Shown in pieces: positions 1-10,228 of a stretch of DNA of 64,000 nucleotides. The stretch lies in the IMG/VR virus record IMGVR_UViG_2648501222_000009. The stretch is one strand, 5' to 3'. Position 1 is the stretch's first letter; every line of letters begins with the position of its first letter. This stretch comes from an uncultured virus (IMG/VR IMGVR_UViG_2648501222_000009). Taxonomy: Duplodnaviria > Heunggongvirae > Uroviricota > Caudoviricetes. Position numbers and translations under genes: made by a program. The notes beneath the pieces are model-generated. The model saw nothing but the letters and a program-made list of their open reading frames with translations, had not been told where the DNA came from and searched no databases.

Positions 1-228
1 ATGCACAATATCGCCAACCTGCCTCAAGACGAAAAAGACAAAATTAATGCCGATTTAGCCGCCTCCGGTATCGCGTACAAAGAAAGACTCGGACTGCCGT
101 ATGATCTGTACGAAACAGAAAACCAGCAGCCCGAGCATTTACGCCCGTACTTCAGAGAGAGACTGGAGCACTACAGGGAGATCGGGAAAAGATTTCCTCG
201 CGGGTTCGAGTATGAGAAGGAAGGTTAA
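1..228 (+). CDS. holE: DNA polymerase III theta subunit homologue (HolE/P1 Hot-like), prophage-associated
   Basis: 75 aa; [17 protein letters not shown] and [13 protein letters not shown] match HolE family motifs; convergent with tfa. Confidence 0.85.
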   Translation: MHNIANLPQDEKDKINADLAASGIAYKERLGLPYDLYETENQQPEHLRPYFRERLEHYREIGKRFPRGFEYEKEG

Positions 229-644
229 GGCTTAACCGGCCAGTCGATATCCGGAGCGGTAGAGGTATCAACGCGGTTGAGCATCACCCGGTATTTTTTC
301 CACTCTTTCAGCAATGACTCTTCCTCATGTGTCGCCATATCCAGATCTACGGCATACTGAAGCGGAGCGATTGCTGCGTTGGCTTCAGCAATCAATGCTT
401 GTTTTCTGGCTTCCGCTTCTGCTATCAACTGCTCTCTGGTCACTGGCGGGTTGATATGCACCTCAACTTCTTTTTTGGTCATCTTGTGCATACCTTTAAT
501 TTTCTCATCAATCTCAAAGAAAATAGCAGAAACCTGCTCTTTTTCGTTGTCGAAATCAGACGCGTTTATTCTGGCAATAACTGCCATTTGCTCATCATCA
601 TAAGCGTGAACATCACCAGTCTCTTTATCTTTAAAATAATTCAT
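225..644 (-). CDS. Tail fibre assembly chaperone (Tfa)
   Basis: C-terminal [14 protein letters not shown]...[22 protein letters not shown]fa signature; ATG at 644 overlaps the fibre stop (ATGA). Confidence 0.9.
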   Translation of the reverse strand: MNYFKDKETGDVHAYDDEQMAVIARINASDFDNEKEQVSAIFFEIDEKIKGMHKMTKKEVEVHINPPVTREQLIAEAEARKQALIAEANAAIAPLQYAVDLDMATHEEESLLKEWKKYRVMLNRVDTSTAPDIDWPVKP

Positions 645-1673
645 TCCCGAACCTCCAACCATGTGACAACCCTTGCATTGCTCCCGCCAGACACATTAAT
701 CCTGTACCATGACTTATCCGGAATGGGGATGGATATAGTAGCCCTTGCACTGGAGCCGTAAGAATGTGTGGTTATTTCATTGCCATCAACGACAGCTGTC
801 AGCACAACAGAAACCCCGGCTGTGTCCTGGACTGCGGAAACCACGATGAATATGGTTCGACCAGAGGAGTTCGTGTATGCCGTATTCGGAGTACGCGAGC
901 TCAGGTAATTTTGATAAGTCTGCCCCTGGCCGAAGAACGGCAGCGTTGATAACCTGGACTCCCGAATCAGCTCATCCCAGGGGGATAACTCCCCGCCCTG
1001 TGACTTTCTGGTTGTAATAAAAATCCGGCGCTGATAGGCATCAAGCCCGATCAATGTCGGCCAAGCATCATCACCAATCTGCATAATTTTAAATGCTGAC
1101 TGAACCGGGGCATCTGACGGAAATGGAGACTGCGTTCTGATACCGACACCAAGGCCACCAAACAGTTGCTCTGTGATTTTTTTATTACCATCCAGTAATG
1201 CCGGTGGTGTTTTTACATAATCACCTTTGGGTTGATACTTTTCCGGTAAANNNNNNNNNNNNNNNNNNNNNNNNNNNNNNNNNNNNNNNNNNNNNNNNNN
1301 NNNNNNNNNNNNNNNNNNNNNNNNNNNNNNNNNNNNNNNNNNNNNNNNNNNNNNNNNNNCCAAGGTTTTCGATAAACATCGGTTTATTCGGAATGTCTTC
1401 GCCGTTCTTGTCTTTGGCGAGTTTGCTGTTTACTTCTGTTTTTGTGGCGTAGTTACCGCCGGAGATTATTTTTTTGATCGCGTCCTTCAGCTGGTTATCA
1501 TTATTTTTATCCTGCGCAATACCAGCCTCAACCAGCACACCAAGAATTTCCCGCTGGACGGAATTAAGCCAGCCAGCCTCAAGAATGGTCGGTGCAATAC
1601 CGGCGGCCACGTTGCCGTTTGTCCACTCGCCGTTTTTATCGGCGGTACTGGTGACATCACCAATTTTTTTCAT
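641..1673 (-). CDS. Tail fibre of outer prophage (constant N-terminus plus variable C-terminus joined at an invertase site; interrupted by 109 N)
   Basis: Removing the N gap gives one 307-aa ORF reading MFIENLG-LPEKYQ; follows the baseplate genes and precedes tfa. Confidence 0.8.
1241..1375. other. hix/gix-type invertase crossover site A (TTCCGGTAAACCAAGGTTTTCGATAA if the gap is closed)
   Basis: 10 bp left of the gap plus 16 bp right of it form a 26-bp site with central AA, matching the hix/gix/pix consensus. Confidence 0.85.
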
Positions 1674-1723
1674 AACAAAGCCTCACTCAGTGAAGGTGAT
1701 AATTAGTCGTTGATAGTCAGGGT

Positions 1724-2317
1724 TTACTGGCCGTAACCGACCTGAAGGATCGTGTGAGAGGGGGAAATCTGGTTAAACTGGCATTCGAGGTAATGCTCAC
1801 CCCACGAACGCAGCGGGTCACCGCAGTAACTGCCGCCGGCGACCGTGTATGTCACCTGTGTGTTTCCGGCATTGATACGCCAGACGAACGGCCATTCATC
1901 ACCGTTCAGTGCGTCACCACAGGCTGACAGCCCCGCCCTTGCCTGCCGGAATTCGGTAATGGTGACGGTGTATCCCATCTCAGCGGCCAGGCTGATGTAA
2001 TAGGGTTTTGACATCCCGCCGGTGCGCAGCAGTTTTGAAAGAACCGCGGATTGTCGTTTCGGGATGGTGTCCATCTCCCCAATCCCACAATCATCCGGCA
2101 GACCGAGCGTTTTTTCCCACTCCGGTAATAACGTTGTGGCCGTCTTCGGAAATGCCCCCTCAAGCAGCTGAACAGCGTCAATATCCGAGTCCTCATAACC
2201 GCGCGCCAGCGCCCGGAGAACAGCATGCATATTCGACCCCGGCCGCCAGTCCCACGCCATACCCTGCGGTGCCAGTCCGATCATGGCCTGAGTGTAATCG
2301 TCAGCGGTATAATTCAT
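1724..2317 (-). CDS. Baseplate protein, Mu gp48/YmfQ (DUF2313)-like
   Basis: LLPEWEKTLGLPDDC and LECQFNQISPSHT motifs; downstream of baseplate J. Confidence 0.85.
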   Translation of the reverse strand: MNYTADDYTQAMIGLAPQGMAWDWRPGSNMHAVLRALARGYEDSDIDAVQLLEGAFPKTATTLLPEWEKTLGLPDDCGIGEMDTIPKRQSAVLSKLLRTGGMSKPYYISLAAEMGYTVTITEFRQARAGLSACGDALNGDEWPFVWRINAGNTQVTYTVAGGSYCGDPLRSWGEHYLECQFNQISPSHTILQVGYGQ

Positions 2318-3453
2318 GTGTATGACACCTCCCCGCGCTGCGCCAGTTCACCGGTGCTCAGAACAATATTCTCAGACGGTTTTTTCAGGACAAAGCCGGT
2401 AGTACCGGGAATATCAGCAATCGCATACTGCAGATCGGAAAGGTAGATTTTTGCGCCGCCGGTCGGGTCGCTGTCCCGGAAAAACACATCATCAATGGAT
2501 TTGGCTATCTGCTGATGTAATTCCGAAGTCGCCCTGCTCAGCCCTTCAATTTCAAAATCTATCTTTTTCGCGATAGGTGAACAAACCCACACCAGCGCCG
2601 TAACCGTCTGTACATCCCAGATATGGTCTGCAACACGCAGCTGGTCGCCGGTCGCATGCACTGAATAAGTTTCTTTGGTGGCCGGTCCGTCAGTTCCCAG
2701 CGGAAAACCGCCGTTGCTGTTTCCGTCACACATGATGTAAATACCAACCGACCCGGCACCCAGCAGGCGGCGTTTTACCCAGGCGCGGGAAATGCCCGGC
2801 ACTTCTTTCGCCCAGCCTTCATAGTCTGTGTCGCTGCCGCCCTGCGGTGGTTCCTGGTACGCATGCAGGACACGCAGACGGAAAGCCTCTTCGTTCTCAA
2901 TATCACTGCCGCCGGTGATCGGGTCAACAGCGACGCATTCCGAAAATACTCCGGATATCGCTATCTCAAGCGTCAGTTTTGTCCCGGCCGGTGAGTTACC
3001 CGCCGCGCCGCCGCCGTAAATATTATCGTCAATGCCGGGCAGAATGGCTTCAACAGATGTGAAGCCTTTTCCGTCAGAATTAATATGGGCCTCAGTAACA
3101 GACTGGTACCGGTATCCATCCCCCCGGGCCATCGCTGTACCAGCCGGAATGATGCTGTCCGGCACACCGTCAAACTGCACCTTTGTACCGATGGCCTTGT
3201 TCGGTGGTTTGCGGTACACCCGCTTCAGCGCGCCCCAACCCGCCAGATATTCATCCGTTGCGGTAAACGGAGTTGCCTGTTTTGCAATGTAATCCAGATA
3301 GGCATAATGCAGGTGCGCCATACCGGCATCCATATCCGCCAGTACCCGCATATTGGAATACCGCAGCAGCGCACCGGGCTCTTTCAGTTCATTGCGCAGG
3401 AAATTCTGGTTCTGCTCCCGCAGCTCCGTCAGTGTTTTACGCTTAAACGGCAT
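2314..3453 (-). CDS. Baseplate J / Mu gp47-like wedge protein
   Basis: GGSDIENEEAFRLR..PPQGGSDTDYEGWAKEVPGISRAW motif. Confidence 0.9.
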   Translation of the reverse strand: MPFKRKTLTELREQNQNFLRNELKEPGALLRYSNMRVLADMDAGMAHLHYAYLDYIAKQATPFTATDEYLAGWGALKRVYRKPPNKAIGTKVQFDGVPDSIIPAGTAMARGDGYRYQSVTEAHINSDGKGFTSVEAILPGIDDNIYGGGAAGNSPAGTKLTLEIAISGVFSECVAVDPITGGSDIENEEAFRLRVLHAYQEPPQGGSDTDYEGWAKEVPGISRAWVKRRLLGAGSVGIYIMCDGNSNGGFPLGTDGPATKETYSVHATGDQLRVADHIWDVQTVTALVWVCSPIAKKIDFEIEGLSRATSELHQQIAKSIDDVFFRDSDPTGGAKIYLSDLQYAIADIPGTTGFVLKKPSENIVLSTGELAQRGEVSYT

Positions 3454-3891
3454 TTATTGTTTCTCCCATACCCAGTAAAAACGCAGATCTTCCGCACCGG
3501 CGTCCGGCCGGTGATAGCGGATAACCATGTTCAGCCGCTGTGGCCACACTATTTGTGTCCGGATCTGAATATCAGATACGACCCCGTCAGTTATCAGCCA
3601 GGCCTGCGCCTCCCGGGCGTAATCTTCTGCTTTCTTTGCCACCTGCGTTGTCAGTTTCTGACGCCTCAGCAGCCAGAGACGGGAACCGATAAACCCATCA
3701 GTTCCGGTATCGGCCCACCATCCCCGCCGGTACTCATCGTCGTAATCATCGTCACTGTGCGCCAGACGGTCCGTGAACAGACTGATCATAATCGCTGACT
3801 GCAAATCATCACCAGAAAGCAGGTCACCGTTTCCGGCTATCCAGTCGGCGCGCAGCGTGTCCGCGTTCCACCAGGAAGAAATATCAGACAT
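3454..3891 (-). CDS. Mu gp46-like baseplate protein
   Basis: ISLFTDR, RGWWAD and GSRLWLLRRQK motifs. Confidence 0.9.
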   Translation of the reverse strand: MSDISSWWNADTLRADWIAGNGDLLSGDDLQSAIMISLFTDRLAHSDDDYDDEYRRGWWADTGTDGFIGSRLWLLRRQKLTTQVAKKAEDYAREAQAWLITDGVVSDIQIRTQIVWPQRLNMVIRYHRPDAGAEDLRFYWVWEKQ

Positions 3892-4481
3892 CAGACTTTC
3901 TCCTTAATCGGGTTGCTGGTTCGGGTGGCACTGCCCGGTTCGACATTTTTCACATCATGGTTGTGATTGTTGTAGCTGTCCCGCAGCGTTTTCAGTGTGG
4001 ATTTATTGCTACCGTAGTTATCAATCACATCACCGGACACTTTCAGGATCGGCGTATTCAGCACCACTTCTGTTTTGGCGTTGACCGTCACCTTATCGGC
4101 GTTATTGATGGTCACATCTTTATCTTTGGCCTCAATCACAATGCCGTCCTCTGTCATGTGGATGTACATACCCCACAGGTTGTACATCACGCTTTCACCC
4201 GGTGAGAGGCCGGTATGCCGGGAACCGGGGTGATTACTGCCGATAACTACGGCACTGGAACGGTTACCGCCTAGATAGGCAATCAGAACATCCGACCCCG
4301 GCGGCAGAGAGGAAGAAAAGCCAAATTCCGTCATACGGTAAGTGCCGTCACGGACCTCCAGTGCGGTGCTGTACTGGATGGTCTGTATCGCTCCGTCATC
4401 TTTGGTGATACTGGATTTACCGGCACCAATCATCATCGACATCCGGGTTTTTAAATCGCGGACCTGATCACTCATCGTCAC
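3891..4481 (-). CDS. Baseplate spike, Mu gp45-like
   Basis: FGFSS..P motif, C-terminal HNH metal-binding tip; synteny. Confidence 0.85.
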   Translation of the reverse strand: MTMSDQVRDLKTRMSMMIGAGKSSITKDDGAIQTIQYSTALEVRDGTYRMTEFGFSSSLPPGSDVLIAYLGGNRSSAVVIGSNHPGSRHTGLSPGESVMYNLWGMYIHMTEDGIVIEAKDKDVTINNADKVTVNAKTEVVLNTPILKVSGDVIDNYGSNKSTLKTLRDSYNNHNHDVKNVEPGSATRTSNPIKEKV

Positions 4482-5548
4482 ACCCTTATTACCTGGTAAA
4501 ATTCATACGGTTCAGCAATGAATGCTTCCGGCGGCATCAGCTGTAATGTCGCACGTGTCCCGCCGGCATCCCGCAGATAGGTCACATCCGACAGCGTCCA
4601 GAATTTATCCGTCACCCCAAGAACCGGAATATCTATCGGGATCAGCGTGTTCGGCTCCCACAGTTTCCCGGAGGCATCCCGCCAGCTGTCCACCATCACA
4701 CTCAGGATTTTTGAGCGTCCGTAACGGCGGTTCATTTCCCAGTCGATACTCTCCTGCTCCCGTTTAGCGGTGATCAGGGTGCTTTCGATGATGGTGATAT
4801 AATTCCGGTACCGCATTTTTCCCGCTTCCGGATCCCGCGCCGAGGCGTTCTGTACCGCTGACACATCTCCGGCAAACGGGGTAACAGACAATGACACGCC
4901 GGTATAATCGGAATAGCGCTCTGCCATAGAATCCGAGAAATCAGCACTTTCGATATTTTTTCCCTGCTCCACGCCGCTGGCCGCCACCTTGTCACTGACG
5001 CGGGTCAGCAGCAGGTTTCCATCCGGCTGTTCGTAATACAGCAGCGCAGAGTACCGGCAGCAGCGCTCGATCACCTGCTGTGAGGATTCCCCCCAGTTCA
5101 GGGTAAATTGCGGGACAATCTGTAACCCGCCATCGGAAACTGTGCTCGACACCTCAATGCCGTACCACTTCGCCAGTTTCTGTGCGATTTGCAGGGCGTT
5201 GGACTGGCTGATCACGTTGTTCGGCCAGTTGGCGGAGCAGTCCACCAGATCCTGACATTTGCCCCTGCCGGATACGCTTATCTGATGCTGGTTTTTGTTT
5301 ATCTGACCATTCCAGGTGTCGATATAACCGGTGATAACCCGATCCTGACCGAGAAACACCTCACAGGGGTCGCCCGGTTTAAATAGTTGCTTCTCATCCG
5401 TTGCCGGGTAGTAATCCATCAGGCTGATTTCAAAATCGTTCGGCAGTCGTTCAATCCCGCGGGTAACCCGGACACTGTCCCAGCCGGAAATGCGCTTGCC
5501 GTTTATCACCAGTGATAATTCTTCGGTTTTTTTCGTCTCTTCCGTCAT
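4478..5548 (-). CDS. Baseplate hub, Mu gp44 (gpP)-like
   Basis: GWDSVRVTRGIE, SGRGKCQDLVDCS and LWEPN motifs. Confidence 0.9.
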   Translation of the reverse strand: MTEETKKTEELSLVINGKRISGWDSVRVTRGIERLPNDFEISLMDYYPATDEKQLFKPGDPCEVFLGQDRVITGYIDTWNGQINKNQHQISVSGRGKCQDLVDCSANWPNNVISQSNALQIAQKLAKWYGIEVSSTVSDGGLQIVPQFTLNWGESSQQVIERCCRYSALLYYEQPDGNLLLTRVSDKVAASGVEQGKNIESADFSDSMAERYSDYTGVSLSVTPFAGDVSAVQNASARDPEAGKMRYRNYITIIESTLITAKREQESIDWEMNRRYGRSKILSVMVDSWRDASGKLWEPNTLIPIDIPVLGVTDKFWTLSDVTYLRDAGGTRATLQLMPPEAFIAEPYEFYQVIRV

Positions 5549-6944
5549 TTTTTCAGTGCCTTAAATCTCACCGGTATAAACGCCGGATGCCGGGGCTGAA
5601 TCTCCATCACCAGCTCTTCGCTGCGGGTTGCATCCTGATACAGGCGGTTAGCCACATTGAGAGACGGCAGCACCGACGGCAGAGCGTAAGACGACAGGCG
5701 GCCTCGTTCGGAGCCTTTATCGCTGAAAAAAATAACAACCTGCTCGCGCCGGTTCAGGAGGGTAAGGTGAATATCATCCAGCGCCAAATCCCCGGTGATA
5801 GTCATAGCATCATCGAGGGATTCACAGACTTCCCGCTGATATCCGGCTGACTCAGTGCTGTTTGTCGGGTCAGACTGACCGGCCACCACGGAAAGTGCCG
5901 ATGCGGCCAGTACAACCAGCATCATTTCAGTCAGTGCGGCGATTCTTTTATCCTGCTCCGTCTGCTGATATTCCGGATTGCGGAACCGGGATAATGTATT
6001 CAGGATCTGCATCTTCTGGCCGGTGTCACCGTCCATTGTTATCAGGATGACAAACACCTGCTGTATCTGTGCGATCACATCTTCCGGGGCTACTGCATCA
6101 CTGACCGCGCTGAGTGTTTCATCCAGCTGTTGCCGGTCAATAATGGCCTGGTTCAGCGTTTTATCGATAATTTCACGGTCATCAGTATCACCCTGATGTA
6201 TGCGCTTGCCGGTCGCACCGGACACCGCCCCGCCCGCGCTGCCTTTCTGATAGCGACCGTATTTATTGCTGCCTAACACACTGTTCAGCGAGTTACTGAG
6301 ATTAGTGACCTCATCAACTGAACTGCTGACCATATTTACCCAAAAATCCGCAGTCTGTTTCAGCGTCTTCATCATCTGCGTGACAGACCTGACCTCACCT
6401 TTAATCATGGCGATCGTCTTCAGGGTGGTATGCGCTGCTTCTTTCAGCCACTGCCCGAATGTCAGTTCACCAGTTTTTTCACTGCCGGTGATGGCAAACA
6501 CTTTCAGGCCGGACTCGATAACCACCAGTTCAAACTCAAACACCCGGCCGCTTTCTGCGTTTTCTGACACCCGCAGGCCGCTCTCAGTCACGCTGACGGT
6601 CATTTCTCCGAGTGTCGGGTGAACCAGCGTTCCGGCCTCACCAACTTCACAGGCGGCCACCAGATTGTCGCGCTGGGTAATAACATCCGGCGCGTCATAA
6701 ACGAGACTGTCCTGAATCAGAAATCCCTTTATGGTGATCCGCCGGTTACTGCGCCCCATGTCCTCTATCCAGGACTGATCGCGGTACGCATATTCATGAA
6801 TGGCCTGGCGACGACCGAAACACTTTCACCGCTAATCACGCCGAACGGCACACCACGGAATGAAGCCTGCTGCAGGTGTTCAGACCAATTCCAGTCCGGA
6901 TCAATACCGAGCAGATCAGATATGGCGTCTTTGATAATTGGCAT
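5545..6944 (-). pseudogene. Mu gpN-like DNA circularisation protein, frameshifted near 6819
   Basis: N-terminal QASFRGVPF continues as FGRRQAIHEYAYRD..WIEDMGR only if one T is added to the GTTTC run. Confidence 0.8.
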
Positions 6945-6960
6945 GTGGGCTCCGGGAATA

Positions 6961-6986
6961 AAAAAAGCCACCGGAGTGGTGGCTTT
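6961..6986 (-). terminator. Intrinsic terminator after the 7020-7520 gene
   Basis: AAAGCCACC-ACTCC-GGTGGCTTT hairpin followed by a T run on the minus strand. Confidence 0.75.
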
Positions 6987-7019
6987 ACTATTTAGTAAGT
7001 AGATAAATTAAAATTATTT

Positions 7020-7520
7020 TTATAATTTAATATCGCAGGCTTTTACGAATTTATTTACTTCTGCAGTAGACCGTGCAATATTTCCTGGGTGCGATATCTT
7101 GTAGTCATCTTCTGGAGTTGCTCCTTTGATATTGACACCTATCAGATACTTTCCGTTAGCAGACTTGAGTTCTTTTAACGCCTTAACTATCTGCCCCTCA
7201 TCATAAGATATCGCTTCTACAGCCTTATTATTTTTAACTCCGAACGTTGCATCAAACTTAATCACGCTATTGCCATCCACTTTAAACAAGAGATCAGCAG
7301 GCCTATCTTTAACATCAGCATCTTTGATAAATTCAACATATGAGAATGACAAATCATCCCCAGAACATCTGAATAAGGAAACTGCGTTTGAGACATTTAA
7401 TTGTCCTATCAATAAAGCATCCCTTTCACCAAAGATATTATCCTGAGCATTAGATTCCCACGCCGCGCTGGCTGAACAGGACATAAATAAAACCATAAAA
7501 CATAACAACAGCTTTTTCAT
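7020..7520 (-). CDS. Exported hypothetical protein (moron)
   Basis: AT-rich; signal peptide MKKLLLCFMVLFMSCSASAA; inserted in the tail operon with its own terminator. Confidence 0.75.
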   Translation of the reverse strand: MKKLLLCFMVLFMSCSASAAWESNAQDNIFGERDALLIGQLNVSNAVSLFRCSGDDLSFSYVEFIKDADVKDRPADLLFKVDGNSVIKFDATFGVKNNKAVEAISYDEGQIVKALKELKSANGKYLIGVNIKGATPEDDYKISHPGNIARSTAEVNKFVKACDIKL

Positions 7521-7552
7521 TGATCGGCTCCATTATTAATATTTTTTATATA

Positions 7553-9442
7553 CTACGGCATATTCATCGCTGTTGTAACCCTTCCTTTTGGCTTCACGTT
7601 TACGGTACTTTTTGTTCCGGTTTCCGCGTTAGTCAGGACAATTTCCAATGTGCCACCCGCTTTGTTTTCCTGAAGAACTTGTGATAATTGCTCGGTGAAG
7701 GCCAGTAGTGCCAGGGTCGGGTCTTTGTCTATTTTAAAGTCAGTCGCTGCTGATGCAGTCTCTTGTTGTTGAGTCTGCTGCATGGCTATCATGTCACGCT
7801 GTTCTCTGACCCTATCGGGGTTACGAAGCCCTTTCCAGCGGTCATCCATAATTGAATCCATTATGCCATCCATTACCTCCTGGTAGCTGTAAGGCTGCTC
7901 GATGTTTTCGACCTTAATCATATGAGGAATGACCTTAGCCAGTACATTAGGATCATGCATATTAAGCGGCTCATGCGGACCAAACCCAGTGCCTTTTGAT
8001 ACCCGATCTATGTATCCCTGAGTGTTATTTTTTGCCTTAGCTGGTGCGTACTTCTGCAGGAGTCCGTCGAAAGTATTCAGCCCATCTTCGGCATCAAGCA
8101 TTAGCTGGCGTGACATTGCTGCTATCCCGTCTCTGGATGACCCGAATTTGACGTACCGATGGTCGTTACCGTAATCATACCCCGTGCTGTTTGGTGCAGC
8201 GATCAGGTTGCCAGGGTTGTTATTTCTCAATCCGCGCCGGTTTGGATTATATTGCTCATCCTGCACCCAGTTATCAGGCACCTTACTATTCAGCGTTGGT
8301 TTGCTTTTACCGGCTTCGGCCTGCGCTTTTTGTTTTTCCCATTGCTCGTTATAGCGCTTATAAATCTCGCTGTACATCTCATCAGTCGGGTCTTTTGCAA
8401 TCAGGCGAAGTTTTTCGAACCCGCTCAGGGTATCTTTATAATCATCATCTTTCAGAGCACGCTGAATAAGGTCTTCGCGTTTATCACCGTGGTAGAAATT
8501 ATCCGGGGTGTCATTAATACGCTTCTGGTGCTCTTCAATATTCTTCATGGCGCCAGGTAGATCACCAAAATCAGGAACCATGCTGGGTGAATCAATAAAT
8601 TCATAAAGCGATTTCTGAATCTGATTCATTTTCCCGGACAATTTTGCGCTGGCTTCATTTAACTGAGTGTCCACCTCAGTCATTTTTTGAGCGAACTCCC
8701 CCTTCATAGTCAGGCCAAATCTGTCCGAGTTATCCAGCCGCTCCTGTACTTTTTTTTCCCGTATCAATGCAATCATATCGGGTGTCAGTTTCAGGTTGTC
8801 ACGCAATTCCCAGTTGCGACTCTCCGGTAGTTTTTCGACCGCCTTTTCAATACTGAGGAGTGTTTTTGTCAGATCAACGCTACCATCCTTCCGCTGAACT
8901 ATTTCTGCCCCAAGATGGCGTATTGAAGCCAGCAACTGATCATCCTTACCAATTACCGCCTGGCTGAGTTTCTCGTAGTACCCTTCCATCTGGCTGCGGG
9001 AATCATCTTTGCTGACCCCTCTCTGTTGCAATGTACCGCTAAGCCGGGTACTTTCCTCTACTGTCATACCGGTATTGGCGGCTGATGTGGTGATATTTTT
9101 ACCTTCCTCAGCCATCCCCGTAATCAGCTTGCCACCACCGGCGATAATTGCACCGATACCACCAATACCAGTCAGTTTCCCGGCCAGTGCACCAAAGTTT
9201 TTCAGCGGCGGGATCATGTCCCCGATACTCTGAACGCCGGATTTCGCCTCCTCGGATACATCACGGAGTAAATCACCGATACCACGCAGCCCGGTTACTG
9301 ATTCATCGCCACCGAGTTTCAGTTTATCCCGTGCCTCATCCAGTGCCGGATTCAGACTACGGATTTTTTCTTCAAGAACCGTAATCTGACCGCTTGCGCG
9401 GTCATCCGCATTCAGTTCAAAATCAAAGGCATTACCCGCCAT
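7553..9442 (-). CDS. Tape measure protein with C-terminal lysozyme-like domain
   Basis: Follows the tail chaperone; helical N-terminus; RGLRNNNPGNL...KYAP..NNT.GY motif. Confidence 0.8.
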   Translation of the reverse strand: MAGNAFDFELNADDRASGQITVLEEKIRSLNPALDEARDKLKLGGDESVTGLRGIGDLLRDVSEEAKSGVQSIGDMIPPLKNFGALAGKLTGIGGIGAIIAGGGKLITGMAEEGKNITTSAANTGMTVEESTRLSGTLQQRGVSKDDSRSQMEGYYEKLSQAVIGKDDQLLASIRHLGAEIVQRKDGSVDLTKTLLSIEKAVEKLPESRNWELRDNLKLTPDMIALIREKKVQERLDNSDRFGLTMKGEFAQKMTEVDTQLNEASAKLSGKMNQIQKSLYEFIDSPSMVPDFGDLPGAMKNIEEHQKRINDTPDNFYHGDKREDLIQRALKDDDYKDTLSGFEKLRLIAKDPTDEMYSEIYKRYNEQWEKQKAQAEAGKSKPTLNSKVPDNWVQDEQYNPNRRGLRNNNPGNLIAAPNSTGYDYGNDHRYVKFGSSRDGIAAMSRQLMLDAEDGLNTFDGLLQKYAPAKAKNNTQGYIDRVSKGTGFGPHEPLNMHDPNVLAKVIPHMIKVENIEQPYSYQEVMDGIMDSIMDDRWKGLRNPDRVREQRDMIAMQQTQQQETASAATDFKIDKDPTLALLAFTEQLSQVLQENKAGGTLEIVLTNAETGTKSTVNVKPKGRVTTAMNMP

Positions 9443-9444
9443 AA

Positions 9445-9600
9445 TTAATCTCCGCTTTTAATCTCTTCGGCCTGCTCAACCCACCAGTGCAGACGGCTTT
9501 TTGACAGGAGCCACGCATCACGCGGCCCCCACCGGTAAAACCAGGTCACCTTTGCCGCCAGCCGCTGCCATGACCGGAGAGCATTTATGCCAAAAAAGGG
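9445..9600 (-). CDS. Frameshifted C-terminal extension of tail chaperone (gpE'/gpT-like)
   Basis: -1 frame after C CCT TTT TTG reads FFGINALRSWQRLAAKVTWFYRWGPRDAWLLSKSRLHWWVEQAEEIKSGD. Confidence 0.75.
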   Translation of the reverse strand, partial: PFFGINALRSWQRLAAKVTWFYRWGPRDAWLLSKSRLHWWVEQAEEIKSGD

Positions 9601-9848
9601 GTCAGAAAATCACGGCACTGTTTGAAATCTGTGATCGCCATTTTTTTCAGTTCTGTTTCCGGGATTTCACTGACCAGGGAAATCAGCCGCCGCATACCGG
9701 GAAGTGAGTTGCTGGCCTTATTCTGCACATCGTAAAACTGCTCTACTTCAATAAGGCATGGTTCACGCAGGTTAACTTCCTCATAACGGACTTTGCCGTC
9801 ATTGGATTCCAGCGGTTTACTCAGCGTGATAGTTTTTGTTGTTTCCAC
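9585..9848 (-). CDS. Tail assembly chaperone (Mu gp41/GpE-like)
   Basis: ITLSKPL and LREP motifs; lies between tube and tape measure. Confidence 0.85.
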   Translation of the reverse strand: METTKTITLSKPLESNDGKVRYEEVNLREPCLIEVEQFYDVQNKASNSLPGMRRLISLVSEIPETELKKMAITDFKQCRDFLTPFLA

Positions 9849-9850
9849 AA

Positions 9851-10219
9851 TTAGTTCTCCGTTACCGAACGACCTTCAAAACGCACGTCAAACACGGCGT
9901 CTTCGCTGTTTACTTCCTGGGTCTGAACAACCCATAGCCCCTGACCGATGATGGTTTTGCCGTTCGCCAGTTCGGCCACCACGTTCACATTGGTCATGCC
10001 GTTAAAATCCGCCACGGTAGTGCCGCCGGAATCACGGACACGCATCGCGATAAACCCGGCGACCGGCTTTTCTTTGTAACCGTGGACAAAGTCCATACCG
10101 GTCAGGGTTTCGCGGGTGACCGTGGACGGACTGTATTTAAAGTCCGCCGCCACCATAATTGACATGCCGTTGACGGAGACGTGAGCCGTTCCCGCCAGAC
10201 GATTGGATGTATCGCCCAT
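9851..10219 (-). CDS. Tail tube protein (Mu gpM-like)
   Basis: 122 aa after the sheath; RETLTG..VHGYKEKP and ELANGK motifs. Confidence 0.9.
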   Translation of the reverse strand: MGDTSNRLAGTAHVSVNGMSIMVAADFKYSPSTVTRETLTGMDFVHGYKEKPVAGFIAMRVRDSGGTTVADFNGMTNVNVVAELANGKTIIGQGLWVVQTQEVNSEDAVFDVRFEGRSVTEN

Positions 10220-10228
10220 GATTTCTCC

